This document shows, in pieces, positions 20,595 to 30,314 of a stretch of 64,000 nt of DNA. The number at the start of each line of letters is the position of its first letter. Position 1 is the first letter of the stretch. The notes under the pieces are model-generated. The model had not been told where the DNA came from. It ran no database searches and saw only the letters and a program-made list of their open reading frames with translations. A program made the position numbers and the translations under genes. This DNA comes from Pseudomonadota bacterium (GTDB lineage: Bacteria > Pseudomonadota > Gammaproteobacteria > Acidiferrobacterales > UBA6901), in NCBI GenBank assembly GCA_021819085.1, contig JAKASJ010000013.1, forward strand, positions 7,107 to 71,106, in the 5' to 3' direction.

Positions 20595-21836
20595 TCAGGC
20601 GTAGAAATCGATCAATCCGATATGCGCCGCCGCCGATGCTATGGCGACGTCATCCTCGGGCAGATTTTGCCCGTCGCTGCGCGGGAACGGATAGTCTGGT
20701 TGCCGGGAATCCCGGGAAAAGGAATGCTGCGAGACATCCACATTGACCAAATTGAGGCCGTTGTTCGAGAACATCTCGCGCAGTCCGGGAATCGCTGCCT
20801 GCAAGGCATCGCGGACCTGGGCATGCGCCGAGACAAAAGTGAGGGTCGTCTGGTCATTGCGGATCGCTACGCGCACCTCGATCGGCCCGAGGTGTGGGGG
20901 GTTTAACTGCAGTTGCGCGGTCTGGATCTGGCGGCCAGCCATCCAGATCATGCTGTTTCCAAGTGCCTGATCCCAGCCAGCCTGGGTGATGGACGGATTG
21001 ATCTGAAGCATCGCGCTCGGATTCCCGGTTGATGCTGGCGCCGCGGCTGGGGAACCGGAAGCGAGACCGGCGGGGGCAGGACGGACCAGGTCGCTTGCAG
21101 ATGCTGCCGCCGCCCCGAGGGGGGTAGTCGATGGCGACAGGTTCGGCAAAATCTCCTTCGCCGGCAGCGCCTTGGAAGCCCCGGATTTGTCACCTAAGTC
21201 TTTCAGCGCGGCGCTCGCCACGATATTGGTCTGGTCGCCCAAGGCGGATCCGGCGCTTGCCATAATGGAGTCCGGAAGAGAAACACCTTTGGATCCGGGC
21301 TTGGCAATCCGGGTGGAGCCCGCGCCAGGAGTTTCCTTGTCGGGCTGAATCTGTGCCCTATCCGCCCCGGGCTCGACAATCGTCGCCACTGCAGGACCTG
21401 GCGGCATATTCTGCCGAGCAACCGAAACCTTTGCTGGATCGGGCCGATGTTGGCTATGGACTGACGGCGCGACTGCCTTGACTGCGGCTCCATCTGGCAC
21501 CGTCACATGCGGCAAAGTCTTGCCGTCTATTGCCGTCTTGCCTTCCGTCTTGCCGTCCTTTGCCGCCTTGGTATCCTTTTTCGTATTGCCGTCTTTTGGG
21601 GCTGATTGTGCCGGACCCATCGCCTTGGCGGCAGGGTTAAAATTTGCATCGTCACGCGCCGCGGACCCCGGGCCGTTGCCCGCCGCCGTATCCCGGCTCG
21701 TGACACCGTGTGCTGCCAGGACCGCGGGAAACGAGTCTTTGGAATCGCCCGCGCCCTCTGAAGCCGGCTGCGGCGCGACAGGAACGGGCAGGCTGAGATC
21801 GGGCCGTGACGGTGGAAGAAAGCTTGGCTGCGGCAT
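20595..21836 (-). CDS. fliK: Flagellar hook-length control protein FliK
   Basis: Pro/Ala/Ser-rich ruler region, and a C-terminal Flg_hook domain (LQLNPPHLGPIEVRVAIRNDQTTLTFVSAHAQVRDALQAAIPGLREMF). Confidence 0.85.
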   Translation of the reverse strand: MPQPSFLPPSRPDLSLPVPVAPQPASEGAGDSKDSFPAVLAAHGVTSRDTAAGNGPGSAARDDANFNPAAKAMGPAQSAPKDGNTKKDTKAAKDGKTEGKTAIDGKTLPHVTVPDGAAVKAVAPSVHSQHRPDPAKVSVARQNMPPGPAVATIVEPGADRAQIQPDKETPGAGSTRIAKPGSKGVSLPDSIMASAGSALGDQTNIVASAALKDLGDKSGASKALPAKEILPNLSPSTTPLGAAAASASDLVRPAPAGLASGSPAAAPASTGNPSAMLQINPSITQAGWDQALGNSMIWMAGRQIQTAQLQLNPPHLGPIEVRVAIRNDQTTLTFVSAHAQVRDALQAAIPGLREMFSNNGLNLVNVDVSQHSFSRDSRQPDYPFPRSDGQNLPEDDVAIASAAAHIGLIDFYA

Positions 21837-21878
21837 GGCACTCCTGTCGGATCGGTACCTAAAGATAAATTACAGAAC

Positions 21879-21894
21879 AGCAAAAGGCATGCCA
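21879..21894 (-). promoter_or_regulatory. sigma54 promoter of fliK (TGGCAT-N5-TTGCT)
   Basis: Reverse complement reads TGGCATGCCTTTTGCT. It lies 43 nt upstream of the fliK ATG, just downstream of the receiver pseudogene. Confidence 0.7.
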
Positions 21895-21955
21895 GGCGGC
21901 AAACATTCCAGATACCGATCAAGGACAGAAGTTGCTGTCACGAACCCATTGCCCC

Positions 21956-22322
21956 TCACTGTACGATTACCCGCGGTACTGCTGTTCGACGCGTTCTCTG
22001 GCAGGCGAACAGCCACCAGAATCCCTGGTCATTGAATACAGCACGGCAAGCCAACCGGGGGGGTTGCATCACCGCCTCGGTCGTCAGGACGAGAATAGGC
22101 GTGCACTTGCATTCCGGCAGTGCGCGCAAAGCGCGCACAAGAGAAACGCCGTCCATTTGCGGCCTGTTTACGTCCGTCAATACGAGATCCCACTTTTTTG
22201 GATTTCTCCGTGGCCAAAACCGCATTGCCTGCCTCTACGACATGATGTCCGGCACTTTTCAACGTAAAGGAAACCATTTGTCGTATTGAGTCTGAGTCGT
22301 CTACCGCCAGTATCGTAGCCAT
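21956..22322 (-). pseudogene. Frameshifted CheY-like single-domain response regulator
   Basis: Frame A encodes MATILAVDDSDSIRQMVSFTLKSAGHHVVEAGNAV.. The sequence continues in another frame as KKWDLVLTDVNRPQMDGVSLVRALRALPECKCTPILVLTTEA. The frame break coincides with a T6 run (22194-22199). The alpha4-beta5 region after a G7 run (22057-22063) no longer reads as a receiver in any single frame. Confidence 0.75.
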
Positions 22323-22371
22323 CGCCTTCTTTCCCCGATCCGGCGGTTGTTGCCGCGTCGATATTTATTAG

Positions 22372-22652
22372 TCAGTACCGCGACAACCCGAGCTCTTCCG
22401 GCAATCCGAGCATCCGGGCCACTTCGATCAAGACCTTCGACGGTCACCTGCAGGAGCTGCCATGCCTCGCGTCGGCGCACCCTTCAAGAATGCAATCAAG
22501 ACCTGAAGTCCGGCGGCATCTAAACGCTCGAGCGCTTCTGTGCGCAACGTCACAGTGCTGACTTCCGCCGGCACGCACCGTAGCCGCCCCCGAAATTCCT
22601 CGGCCCGATCGATGGTCAGGCTCGCGCCGCAGTCAAAACCGTCTTCAGCCAT
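22372..22652 (-). pseudogene. Frameshifted STAS-domain protein (anti-sigma-antagonist-like, non-phosphorylatable type)
   Basis: MAEDGFDCGASLTIDRAEEFRGRL...VTLRTEALERLDAAGLQVLIAFLKGAPTRG, then a premature stop. The expected C-terminus reappears in the +1 frame (AWQLLQVTVEGL) and then the +2 frame (EVARMLGLPEELGLSRY*). Confidence 0.6.
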
Positions 22653-23222
22653 ATTGAATAGCCACTCTGTCGAATTGTTTTCCAGCAATTCACAAACGAT
22701 CTTGGCGAATGTGCACACGCTGGCGCGTGGTCATGGCCTGTGATCGACATGGCAAGCCGGTCGGCACCGCGTGCCAAAAGCAGCACTGACGTCAACGGAA
22801 ATGGCCGGCCGTTGTTTGGCTGGTAAAAAGGCGGGATTTTGGCCTTAAATGCGGATGGACGGCCCATGCGCGCTTCCACGGAATCTATCAATGCCGCGGG
22901 GTGCGGGGCAGCTTCCAGCGGTTTCGTCCCGACAGCACGGATGCCACTCAGCCGAGGATTAGGACTGGTGCACCGCTGTCAGAATATCGAATAGTGTCCC
23001 TCACTTCATCGCGTTATCGTCCGGCGATGCAGAATCTTGAGCAGCGATCCGCATTCGGATCACGCATCGGAATGCTGACACGCCCATCGTCATCGCTTCG
23101 CGCTTCGGCACATCGCCGACCGGCCGATGATGCTCGAACGGGCGTATGGTCCGGACAATATGCCGGCTTGCCATATGCGGGTCGATTGATCCCGGCATCA
23201 GCCAGCATTGGTACTCAAACGG

Positions 23223-23675
23223 TTAGTCGCACTCGTCGCCGATGTCAACCCGCACCTGCTTTGTGCGATCGTCGGCTTCGATTTGATCGCGCCGCTCTGA
23301 GGCGCGAGCTTCGTCACCGCGATAACGTTCGATGATCTTGTCCACAGCGCGGATCTTGGTGCGCGTCGCGTACCATTGATGGCGCCTTGTCTCATACTCC
23401 ATCCGGCTATGCTCAACACGATGCTGCTGGTGAATGATCGCCTCGTTCAGGCGCGAGAGGAATACGCGGAAGTCGTACATGCGGCGCGCATCGATGGCAG
23501 ACCCCCCGGAGAATTCGAGCTTCTTCGCGTACTCGTCCCGATATCCCAGCAACTCGGCAAGCTTCGCCTCGGCTTCGGCCAGCACCCGTCTCTGTTCACT
23601 TAGTACGCGTGCTGCCGTACGCTCGCGCGACTCTGCAACTTTCGCAACCGGCTTCATGCGTTTTGACTTTCTCAT
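23223..23675 (-). CDS. fliJ: Flagellar export chaperone FliJ
   Basis: 150-aa coiled-coil protein downstream of fliI: ...LLGYRDEYAKKL...FRVFLSRLNEAIIHQQ... Confidence 0.85.
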   Translation of the reverse strand: MRKSKRMKPVAKVAESRERTAARVLSEQRRVLAEAEAKLAELLGYRDEYAKKLEFSGGSAIDARRMYDFRVFLSRLNEAIIHQQHRVEHSRMEYETRRHQWYATRTKIRAVDKIIERYRGDEARASERRDQIEADDRTKQVRVDIGDECD

Positions 23676-23723
23676 GACCCATCCTTTTTAGCAATCCAGA
23701 ACACTGGTCTTTGGCGGCACGAT

Positions 23724-25094
23724 TCACTGCTTCGCTATTGCTTCCGGAACAAGTGCAGAAAGCTCGGACAGACTTGCGGCTAGCGGAACGGCCTTGTTCA
23801 TATCCTGGCGCAGGAACCCCAGAAGGCGAGGATGATAGTCGATGGCCTCATCCAGACGCTGATCCGTTCCGCGCGTATAGGCACCGACGCTGACGAGATC
23901 GCGGTTTTGCTGATACACAGAGTAAAGCTGCTTGAAACGCCGCGCGGACTGCTGCTGTGGTACCTTGATAATTTCATTCATCGCGCGGCTTATCGAAGCC
24001 TCAATGTCGATGGCCGGATAGTGTCCGCTTTCGGCAAGCTGGCGTGAAAGGAATATATGTCCATCCAGAATGGCGCGCGCGGCATCGCCGATCGGATCAT
24101 TCTGGTCATCTCCCTCGGTAAGCACGGTGTAGAATGCAGTAATCGATCCACCGCCGGTCACCCCATTTCCGGCGCGTTCCACGAGCTGCGGCAGCCTGGC
24201 AAACACAGATGGCGGATAGCCCCTTGTGGCCGGCGGCTCGCCAATGGCAAGGGCGATCTCGCGCTGCGCCTGCGCGTAGCGAGTCAGCGAGTCCATGAGC
24301 AGCAAAACCTGACGTCCCTGGTCCCGAAAATATTCGGCAATGCTGGTGGCCAGCATAGCGCCATGCAAACGCATGAGCGGGGGATAGTCCGCCGGTACCG
24401 CCACCACGACCGCCCGCGCCATGCCTTGCGTACCCAAAATGTTCTGGATGAACTCCTTCACTTCCCTACCGCGCTCGCCGATCAGTCCGACCACGATGAC
24501 ATCGGCCGTGGTAAAGCGCGTCATCATGCCTAGCAATACGCTCTTGCCGACGCCGCTTCCGGCAAAAAGCCCAAGCCGTTGTCCGCGCCCCACGGTAAAC
24601 AGCGCATTGATTGCACGCACGCCGACATCGAGCGGCTCCCGGATCGGGGCTCGCGCCAGCGGATTAATCGGTCGCCCCGTCAGTGGAACACGCGCGGTCG
24701 TTCGCACTTTCCCCTTTCCATCCAGCGGATTTCCGGCGCCATCCAGCACCCGCCCGAGCAGAGCGTCGCCCACATGCGCCTCGGACATCACTGTGCTTGG
24801 AATCACGCGCGCATTGGGCGTAAGTCCGCGTATGTCGCCGGTAGGCATCAGGAATAGACGCTCGCCGGCAAAACCGACCACCTCGGCCTCGATATTTGCT
24901 CCCTGCGGACCTGCAATGAGGCAGCGGCTTCCGATCGCTGCCTGACAGCCGGTAGCTTCCAGCGTGAGCCCGACCATGCGTGTAAGCTTTCCTTCCACCA
25001 CCAAGGGCGGGGGAGAATCCAGAACCTCACGGGCACGCACGAGGCTGTCACGCCAGCGCGCACCGTGCGACGAGTCAGCCAGCAGGGCGGTCAT
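23724..25094 (-). CDS. fliI: Flagellum-specific ATPase FliI
   Basis: Walker [18 protein letters not shown] and Walker [19 protein letters not shown]. Homology to the F1-ATPase beta subunit runs throughout. Confidence 0.97.
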   Translation of the reverse strand: MTALLADSSHGARWRDSLVRAREVLDSPPPLVVEGKLTRMVGLTLEATGCQAAIGSRCLIAGPQGANIEAEVVGFAGERLFLMPTGDIRGLTPNARVIPSTVMSEAHVGDALLGRVLDGAGNPLDGKGKVRTTARVPLTGRPINPLARAPIREPLDVGVRAINALFTVGRGQRLGLFAGSGVGKSVLLGMMTRFTTADVIVVGLIGERGREVKEFIQNILGTQGMARAVVVAVPADYPPLMRLHGAMLATSIAEYFRDQGRQVLLLMDSLTRYAQAQREIALAIGEPPATRGYPPSVFARLPQLVERAGNGVTGGGSITAFYTVLTEGDDQNDPIGDAARAILDGHIFLSRQLAESGHYPAIDIEASISRAMNEIIKVPQQQSARRFKQLYSVYQQNRDLVSVGAYTRGTDQRLDEAIDYHPRLLGFLRQDMNKAVPLAASLSELSALVPEAIAKQ

Positions 25095-25752
25095 CGCGGC
25101 GCTCCCCTCCGAGAATTGCGGTAACGATGCTGGTAAGACGAGCCTCCACGCTGGCGTCTATCTGGGAATGCTCCGTATGCACCCTACAATCTCCACGCGT
25201 CAGTACCGGATCCTCAATGATGCGCCAGGCACGATCACCTTCCGGCAGGGAAAGTGCGCTATGCACAAGAGCGGCGTCCTCAGGATGAAGATGAACACTC
25301 ACGTGGCGCGCCGAAACCGGCAGGGACGACACAGCCTCGCGCGCTACTGCCACGATCGTGCCGGGATCGGTGCGCAGTTCGCGCCGCACCAGCGTCCGTG
25401 CGATCACGATTGCGAGCTGGATGAGCTCATGCTCGACCTGCTGGTCAAGATCCGCAAGCGGCTCGTTCAATAGGCCGACCAGTTTCGCAAAGCGCTCGGC
25501 CTGCGCAAGCATCTGCGTTCGTCCTTCCTGGCGACCCTGGGCAAAACCTTCTTCGTAGGCCTGCTTTTGTATCTGTTCAATCTGCTTGGCAGTAAGCACA
25601 TTGGGGTTCTTGCCGAGCGCCCCCTCGACAGCCGGCACCTCCCAGCGCTGATAGGCGCTCAACTCGTCTCCCGAAATGATGCGCGACTTGCGTCCGGCAC
25701 CGCGCTCAGGCGCCTGTCCCGGATGCCGGACGGGGCTGTCGGGCTCAGACAT
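25075..25752 (-). CDS. fliH: Flagellar assembly protein FliH
   Basis: 225 aa, with the FliH-like central and C-terminal region ([10 protein letters not shown]...[14 protein letters not shown]). Overlaps fliG and fliI. Confidence 0.85.
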   Translation of the reverse strand: MSEPDSPVRHPGQAPERGAGRKSRIISGDELSAYQRWEVPAVEGALGKNPNVLTAKQIEQIQKQAYEEGFAQGRQEGRTQMLAQAERFAKLVGLLNEPLADLDQQVEHELIQLAIVIARTLVRRELRTDPGTIVAVAREAVSSLPVSARHVSVHLHPEDAALVHSALSLPEGDRAWRIIEDPVLTRGDCRVHTEHSQIDASVEARLTSIVTAILGGERRDDRPAG

Positions 25753-26761
25753 ACTCTTCCCCCCCCTTGCTGCCTAGCGCAATTTCTCCGGATTCGGAAA
25801 GGCGCCGCGCAATTCCAAGAATCTCCTTCTGCGCTGTTTCTACCTCGGATAATCGCACCGGACCCTTGGCTTCCAAATCGTCGCGCAGCATTTCGGCAGC
25901 GCGCTTCGACATGTTTCCGAAGATCTTCTGCCTCATTGCATCGTCCGAACCTTTGAGCGCTAGCAGCAGCGACTCCGACGACACCTCACGCAGCAGAGTC
26001 TGAATACTTCGGTCATCGATGCTCAGCAGATCCTCGAACACGAACATGAGGTCTTCGATCTTCTGTGCCATCTCGCTGTCGGCCTCCTTGATGTGCTTCA
26101 GAATATCGGCTTCAGCCGATCCACTCATGCTGTTGATGATGCCGGCAGCGGTCTTGACTCCTCCGACACTCGATGACTTGAGCTTACTGACAGCCTTTCC
26201 GGAAAATTTCTTCTCCATGATGTCGTTGAGTTCCTGCAGTGCGGACGGCTGGATGCCGTCGAGCGCAGCGATGCGCATCAGAACGTCGGCTCTGCTCTTC
26301 TCCGGAAACAACGCCAGCACCTCTGCCGACTGATCGCTGTCCAGATAAGCGAGAATGATGGCGATAATCTGCGGGTGTTCGAGGCGGATAAGCTCCATGA
26401 TTGCGCGCGCATCCATCCACTTGAGCCCCTCCAGACCCTTGGTGTTTCCGCCAAGAAGTATGCGATCAATGAAGCCTCCGGCCTTGTCCTCGCCCAACGC
26501 TTTCGTCAGGACCTTGCGAACGTAGTCGTCGGAACCGATTCCAAGAGAGGTCTGGTTGTCCACGGACTGCACGAAATCCTGCAGTACCTGGCTTACCTGG
26601 GCACGAGAGACACTCGACAGCGCAGCCATTGCCGAGCCGACCTTCTGGACCTCTTTGGGGGCCATGTGTTTGAGGATCTCAGCAGCATCCTGCTCGCCGA
26701 GCGTGAGTAGCAGAATAGCGGCGCGCTCAACCCCGGTGACCTTGGCTGCCGCCTCAGCCAT
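25745..26761 (-). CDS. fliG: Flagellar motor switch protein FliG
   Basis: GVERAAILLLTLGEQDAAEILKHM... and the C-terminal torque helix region MFVFEDLLSIDDRSIQTLLREV. Confidence 0.95.
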   Translation of the reverse strand: MAEAAAKVTGVERAAILLLTLGEQDAAEILKHMAPKEVQKVGSAMAALSSVSRAQVSQVLQDFVQSVDNQTSLGIGSDDYVRKVLTKALGEDKAGGFIDRILLGGNTKGLEGLKWMDARAIMELIRLEHPQIIAIILAYLDSDQSAEVLALFPEKSRADVLMRIAALDGIQPSALQELNDIMEKKFSGKAVSKLKSSSVGGVKTAAGIINSMSGSAEADILKHIKEADSEMAQKIEDLMFVFEDLLSIDDRSIQTLLREVSSESLLLALKGSDDAMRQKIFGNMSKRAAEMLRDDLEAKGPVRLSEVETAQKEILGIARRLSESGEIALGSKGGEEYV

Positions 26762-28445
26762 CGCTTGCTACCCAGGTCTTGACCACCTGCGCCACCCGCT
26801 TTGGATCCTGTGAACTCATGCTTCGGGCAGCATTGAGCTGGGCATCATAGTTGCCCGGACCGCTGAGCTGCGCCACTGGCCCGGGTCCGCCTAGCGCCTG
26901 CCGGCTCGCCGCTGAATCGGGTGCCGGTGCAGCGGCGATCGTCGCTGCCTGCTTGGCGAGTAATCCACGCATCACTGGTCGCAGGATCCCGAAAATCAGG
27001 AATAACACCACCAATCCGGCAAGCACCTGCCTGGCTGCGCTCCACACCCAGGGCTGCTTCCAGATGGGTGGCGGCGGCGGAGCCTGTATTTGCGGCAGCT
27101 GCCGGAACGGAATGTTGATTACATTGACGCTGTCGCCGCGCTGAGGATCAAAGCCGACGGCTGACTTTACCAGCGCTGTTATGCGCGCGATCTCCTGCGG
27201 CTTGAGCGCGGTGCGCACGACCTGGCCGCTGCTGTTGACCGTCCTCAGGTCGTCCACTACTACAGCCACCGACAGGCGCTTGATGCGTCCGCTGGGAAGC
27301 CGCGTGTGGCTGATTGTCTTGTCCAGCTCGTAATTGCGAGTCGCACTGCTGCTGCTATCGGTCGGTATGGGCGGGCTGGCGGCAGTCACGGCTGCAGGCT
27401 TGGATCGTTTCGCACCGGTTCCCGACCCCGAAGTCTTGGGCGTGGTCGTTGCAGTAGTCTGCGGCACCGAGGTCGGACCGGGGGGCTCGTTCGACAGCGC
27501 ACCCGGAACGCCCATCGCTTCGGATCCGGCACCGGTAGTCTGCTGCCGCGATACCTGCTCGCTCAGCAGCGCCTCGTCTTTGGGATTGACTTTCTCCTTG
27601 GTTTCATCCGTCATCGTGAAGTCCACGTTAGCGACTACCTGGGCGCGGACTCCTCCAAATCCTATTATTGGCGTGAGAATATTGTTTATGCGCTGCACAT
27701 AGGAATGTTCCAGACGGCGCGTGTATTGAAACTCACTGTTATTCAGCGCCGCAAACCGGCTAGAGGCGCCGCTGCTGAGCAACCGCCCCTGCTGGTCGAC
27801 GATCGTCACGTTGCCGGTTGTCAGGTTCGGAACACTGAAGGCAACGAGGTGTTCGATCGCCGCGACTTCGCCTCCATTAAGATCGCGCCCTGGGTAGAGA
27901 TCGACCAGCACCGAGGCCGTCGGCTGCGCGCGTTCACTCACAAAAACCGATTGCTTGGGTATGGCCAAACTGACGCGTGCGCGGCGTACGTTGTCGAGTG
28001 CGCCGATGGATCGCGCCAGCTGCCGCTCAAGAACATATTGGTAGCGCGCAGTCTCTATGAACCGGCTAGTACCGAAACCGTGCGGATCATCAAGCAGGTC
28101 CATGCCCCCGTCCGTGCTTCGCGGCAAACCCTGCGCTGCCAGCTTGATGCGTGCATCCGCAACCTGGCCATCCGGAACCATGATCATGCCACCCGGCTCG
28201 ATCTTGTAGGGAATGTTCAGTTTCTGCAGGCTGCTGATCACCTGACCCGCATTCTTGGCGGATAGGCCCGCGTAAAGCTGTCCGTAGCTCGGAGTCCGCG
28301 ACCACATCACCACGCTTATGCCAATGGCCACGGACGCGGCGATTCCGAGCAACAGCCCGAGCTGCTGGACCACGGGATTGCGGGTCAGTGCCTGCAGAGG
28401 CAAGGGTACACTTTGGGTCTTTGCAAGTTCAGTAGCCATAGTCAA
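26754..28445 (-). CDS. fliF: Flagellar MS-ring protein FliF
   Basis: 563 aa with N- and C-terminal TM helices. Ring-building motifs: YGQLYAGLSAKNAGQVISSLQKLNIPYK... Confidence 0.95.
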   Translation of the reverse strand: MTMATELAKTQSVPLPLQALTRNPVVQQLGLLLGIAASVAIGISVVMWSRTPSYGQLYAGLSAKNAGQVISSLQKLNIPYKIEPGGMIMVPDGQVADARIKLAAQGLPRSTDGGMDLLDDPHGFGTSRFIETARYQYVLERQLARSIGALDNVRRARVSLAIPKQSVFVSERAQPTASVLVDLYPGRDLNGGEVAAIEHLVAFSVPNLTTGNVTIVDQQGRLLSSGASSRFAALNNSEFQYTRRLEHSYVQRINNILTPIIGFGGVRAQVVANVDFTMTDETKEKVNPKDEALLSEQVSRQQTTGAGSEAMGVPGALSNEPPGPTSVPQTTATTTPKTSGSGTGAKRSKPAAVTAASPPIPTDSSSSATRNYELDKTISHTRLPSGRIKRLSVAVVVDDLRTVNSSGQVVRTALKPQEIARITALVKSAVGFDPQRGDSVNVINIPFRQLPQIQAPPPPPIWKQPWVWSAARQVLAGLVVLFLIFGILRPVMRGLLAKQAATIAAAPAPDSAASRQALGGPGPVAQLSGPGNYDAQLNAARSMSSQDPKRVAQVVKTWVASDG

Positions 28446-28550
28446 TCAGAATTCACAATGTCTGCCTCTGGACTTCAGTTGCGATGCACATTGCCTGACG
28501 CGCCCGCGCCGGCCGGATCGGCAGGCCGCCATGCATATGGACGGATTTGT

Positions 28551-28871
28551 TCATAGCTGCATGCTCATGATGTCCTGATACGCTGAGACGAGCTTGTTGC
28601 GCACCTGAGTCATGGCCTGAAATGAAATGTTGGCCTTTTCCACGGCGATCATCACCTGCGACAGGCTTACCTGGCTAGACTTGGTCTCGAATGCCCGCTC
28701 CAGAGAGCGCGCATGTAGTTCGCTGTCGTTTACCTGCTCCATCGCCCCCTTAAGCAGAGACGAAAATTCTCCGCCCCCGGTGGCGGGACCTGTCTGGTGC
28801 GGCATACCCTGTGCTGCGGCGCTCATGGCACGCAGCTGCGATATGAGCTGGGTCACGTCGATATTGTTCAT
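28551..28871 (-). CDS. fliE: Flagellar hook-basal body protein FliE
   Basis: 106 aa. C-terminus VMIAVEKANISFQAMTQVRNKLVSAYQDIMSMQL is typical of FliE. Confidence 0.9.
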   Translation of the reverse strand: MNNIDVTQLISQLRAMSAAAQGMPHQTGPATGGGEFSSLLKGAMEQVNDSELHARSLERAFETKSSQVSLSQVMIAVEKANISFQAMTQVRNKLVSAYQDIMSMQL

Positions 28872-28907
28872 GGCCTGCTGCCTCTCCAGTTTTCAGTCGG
28901 AACGGGC

Positions 28908-30314
28908 CTATCCGGGGATTACAATCCCTTCTTCCCGCAGCCGCGCCAGCTTGTAACGCAGCGTGCGCGGGCTGATCCCGAGGCGCGCGGCCGCCTCCTT
29001 GCGGCTGCCCATGCCGGCTTTCAGCGCTTCCAGGATCAGATTGCGCTCGTGGCTGCGCAGATCATCGCCCAGAGAATCCACGCCTGCCGGCTGCGCCGCC
29101 ACCTTGACTGCGGGCGAATTTGCGGTTGCAGGTGCAACCGCTGTCGCAGCTACGGAATTTTCGAAGCGCAAATCGTGCATTTCGATCCGATCCCCGGAAT
29201 GAAGAATCAGGGCCCGTTGCATCGCATTGTCGAGCTCGCGCACGTTGCCTGGCCAGCCGTGCTGCGACAGACGGTCCATCGCCGCCTGCGATAAATCCGG
29301 AACGTGCCTCCCCTGGGCTGCCGCAGCGCGCGCCAGCAGACAGCGTGCGAGCGGCACGATGTCCTGTGTGCGTTCGCGCAGTGGCGGTATCTGCAGCGGA
29401 AATACGTTCAGCCTGTAAAACAGATCCTCGCGGAAACGCTGGGCTGCAACCTCCTCGCGCATAACCCGGTTGGATGTCGCGAGCACACGGACATCGAGCG
29501 CAACCGGCTTGCGTCCTCCGAGGCGTTCGACCTCCTTTTCCTGCAAAACGCGCAGCAGTTTTGCCTGCAGCGCCAGGTTCATTTCCGATATCTCGTCAAG
29601 CAGCAGCGTGCCGCCCTGGGCCTGCTCGAACTTTCCCGGACTTGCCTGATAGGCCCCTGTGAAGGCGCCCTTTTCGTAGCCGAACAGGATTGCCTCCAGC
29701 ATGTTGTCCGGTATCGCGGCGCAATTGATAGCGATAAACGGCTTGTCGCAGCGGCGCGAGTGGCGATGAAGAAAGCGTGCCAGCACTTCCTTGCCGGTTC
29801 CGCTCTCGCCGCTGATCATTACGGTCGCATCGCTGTCTGCGACGCGCCGTGCGAGTTCGACAAGCTCACGCATGTGCGCATCGGCGGCAACCAGGTCTCC
29901 ATCTGTTGCCGTCGCCGGTAACGCATAGCGTTCCACCATATTGACGAGGACTTCCGCCTCAAAGGGCTTGACAAGGTAATCGGCGGCGCCATCGCGCATC
30001 GCAGCCACAGCGGCCTGAATCGTGCCATAGGCAGTCATCAGCAGCACCGGCGTATTCGGAGAATCTGATTTTACGCGCTGAAGCAAGGCGTTTCCGTCCA
30101 TGCGCGGCATCTGGACATCGGCGATGACCATAGCAATGGCGCCGGTTGCCAGTATGGCGATCGCATCATTCCCGTCGGATGCTGCCGCCACTCCGTATCC
30201 GGCCATTGTCAGCGTGTCGCACAACGCCTCACGCAGCGGCTCATCGTCTTCCACGACCAGCACCGTGGCGCGTGACCGATGCAGGCTATTCGGCAAAGCA
30301 TTGGAGGAACCCAT
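28908..30314 (-). CDS. fleR: sigma54-dependent two-component response regulator FleR
   Basis: Receiver (VLVVEDDEPLR...VIADVQMPRMDG), AAA+ domain ([14 protein letters not shown]) and a C-terminal Fis-type HTH (AAARLGISPRTLRYKL). Confidence 0.9.
   Translation of the reverse strand: MGSSNALPNSLHRSRATVLVVEDDEPLREALCDTLTMAGYGVAAASDGNDAIAILATGAIAMVIADVQMPRMDGNALLQRVKSDSPNTPVLLMTAYGTIQAAVAAMRDGAADYLVKPFEAEVLVNMVERYALPATATDGDLVAADAHMRELVELARRVADSDATVMISGESGTGKEVLARFLHRHSRRCDKPFIAINCAAIPDNMLEAILFGYEKGAFTGAYQASPGKFEQAQGGTLLLDEISEMNLALQAKLLRVLQEKEVERLGGRKPVALDVRVLATSNRVMREEVAAQRFREDLFYRLNVFPLQIPPLRERTQDIVPLARCLLARAAAAQGRHVPDLSQAAMDRLSQHGWPGNVRELDNAMQRALILHSGDRIEMHDLRFENSVAATAVAPATANSPAVKVAAQPAGVDSLGDDLRSHERNLILEALKAGMGSRKEAAARLGISPRTLRYKLARLREEGIVIPG

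Noticed and set aside
28480-28496. A GGCAAT…TCGCA sigma54-like site in the fliE-fliF gap.
   Set aside because: GG and GC are separated by 11 nt, not 10, and the -12 element is TCGC. The spacing is normally invariant.
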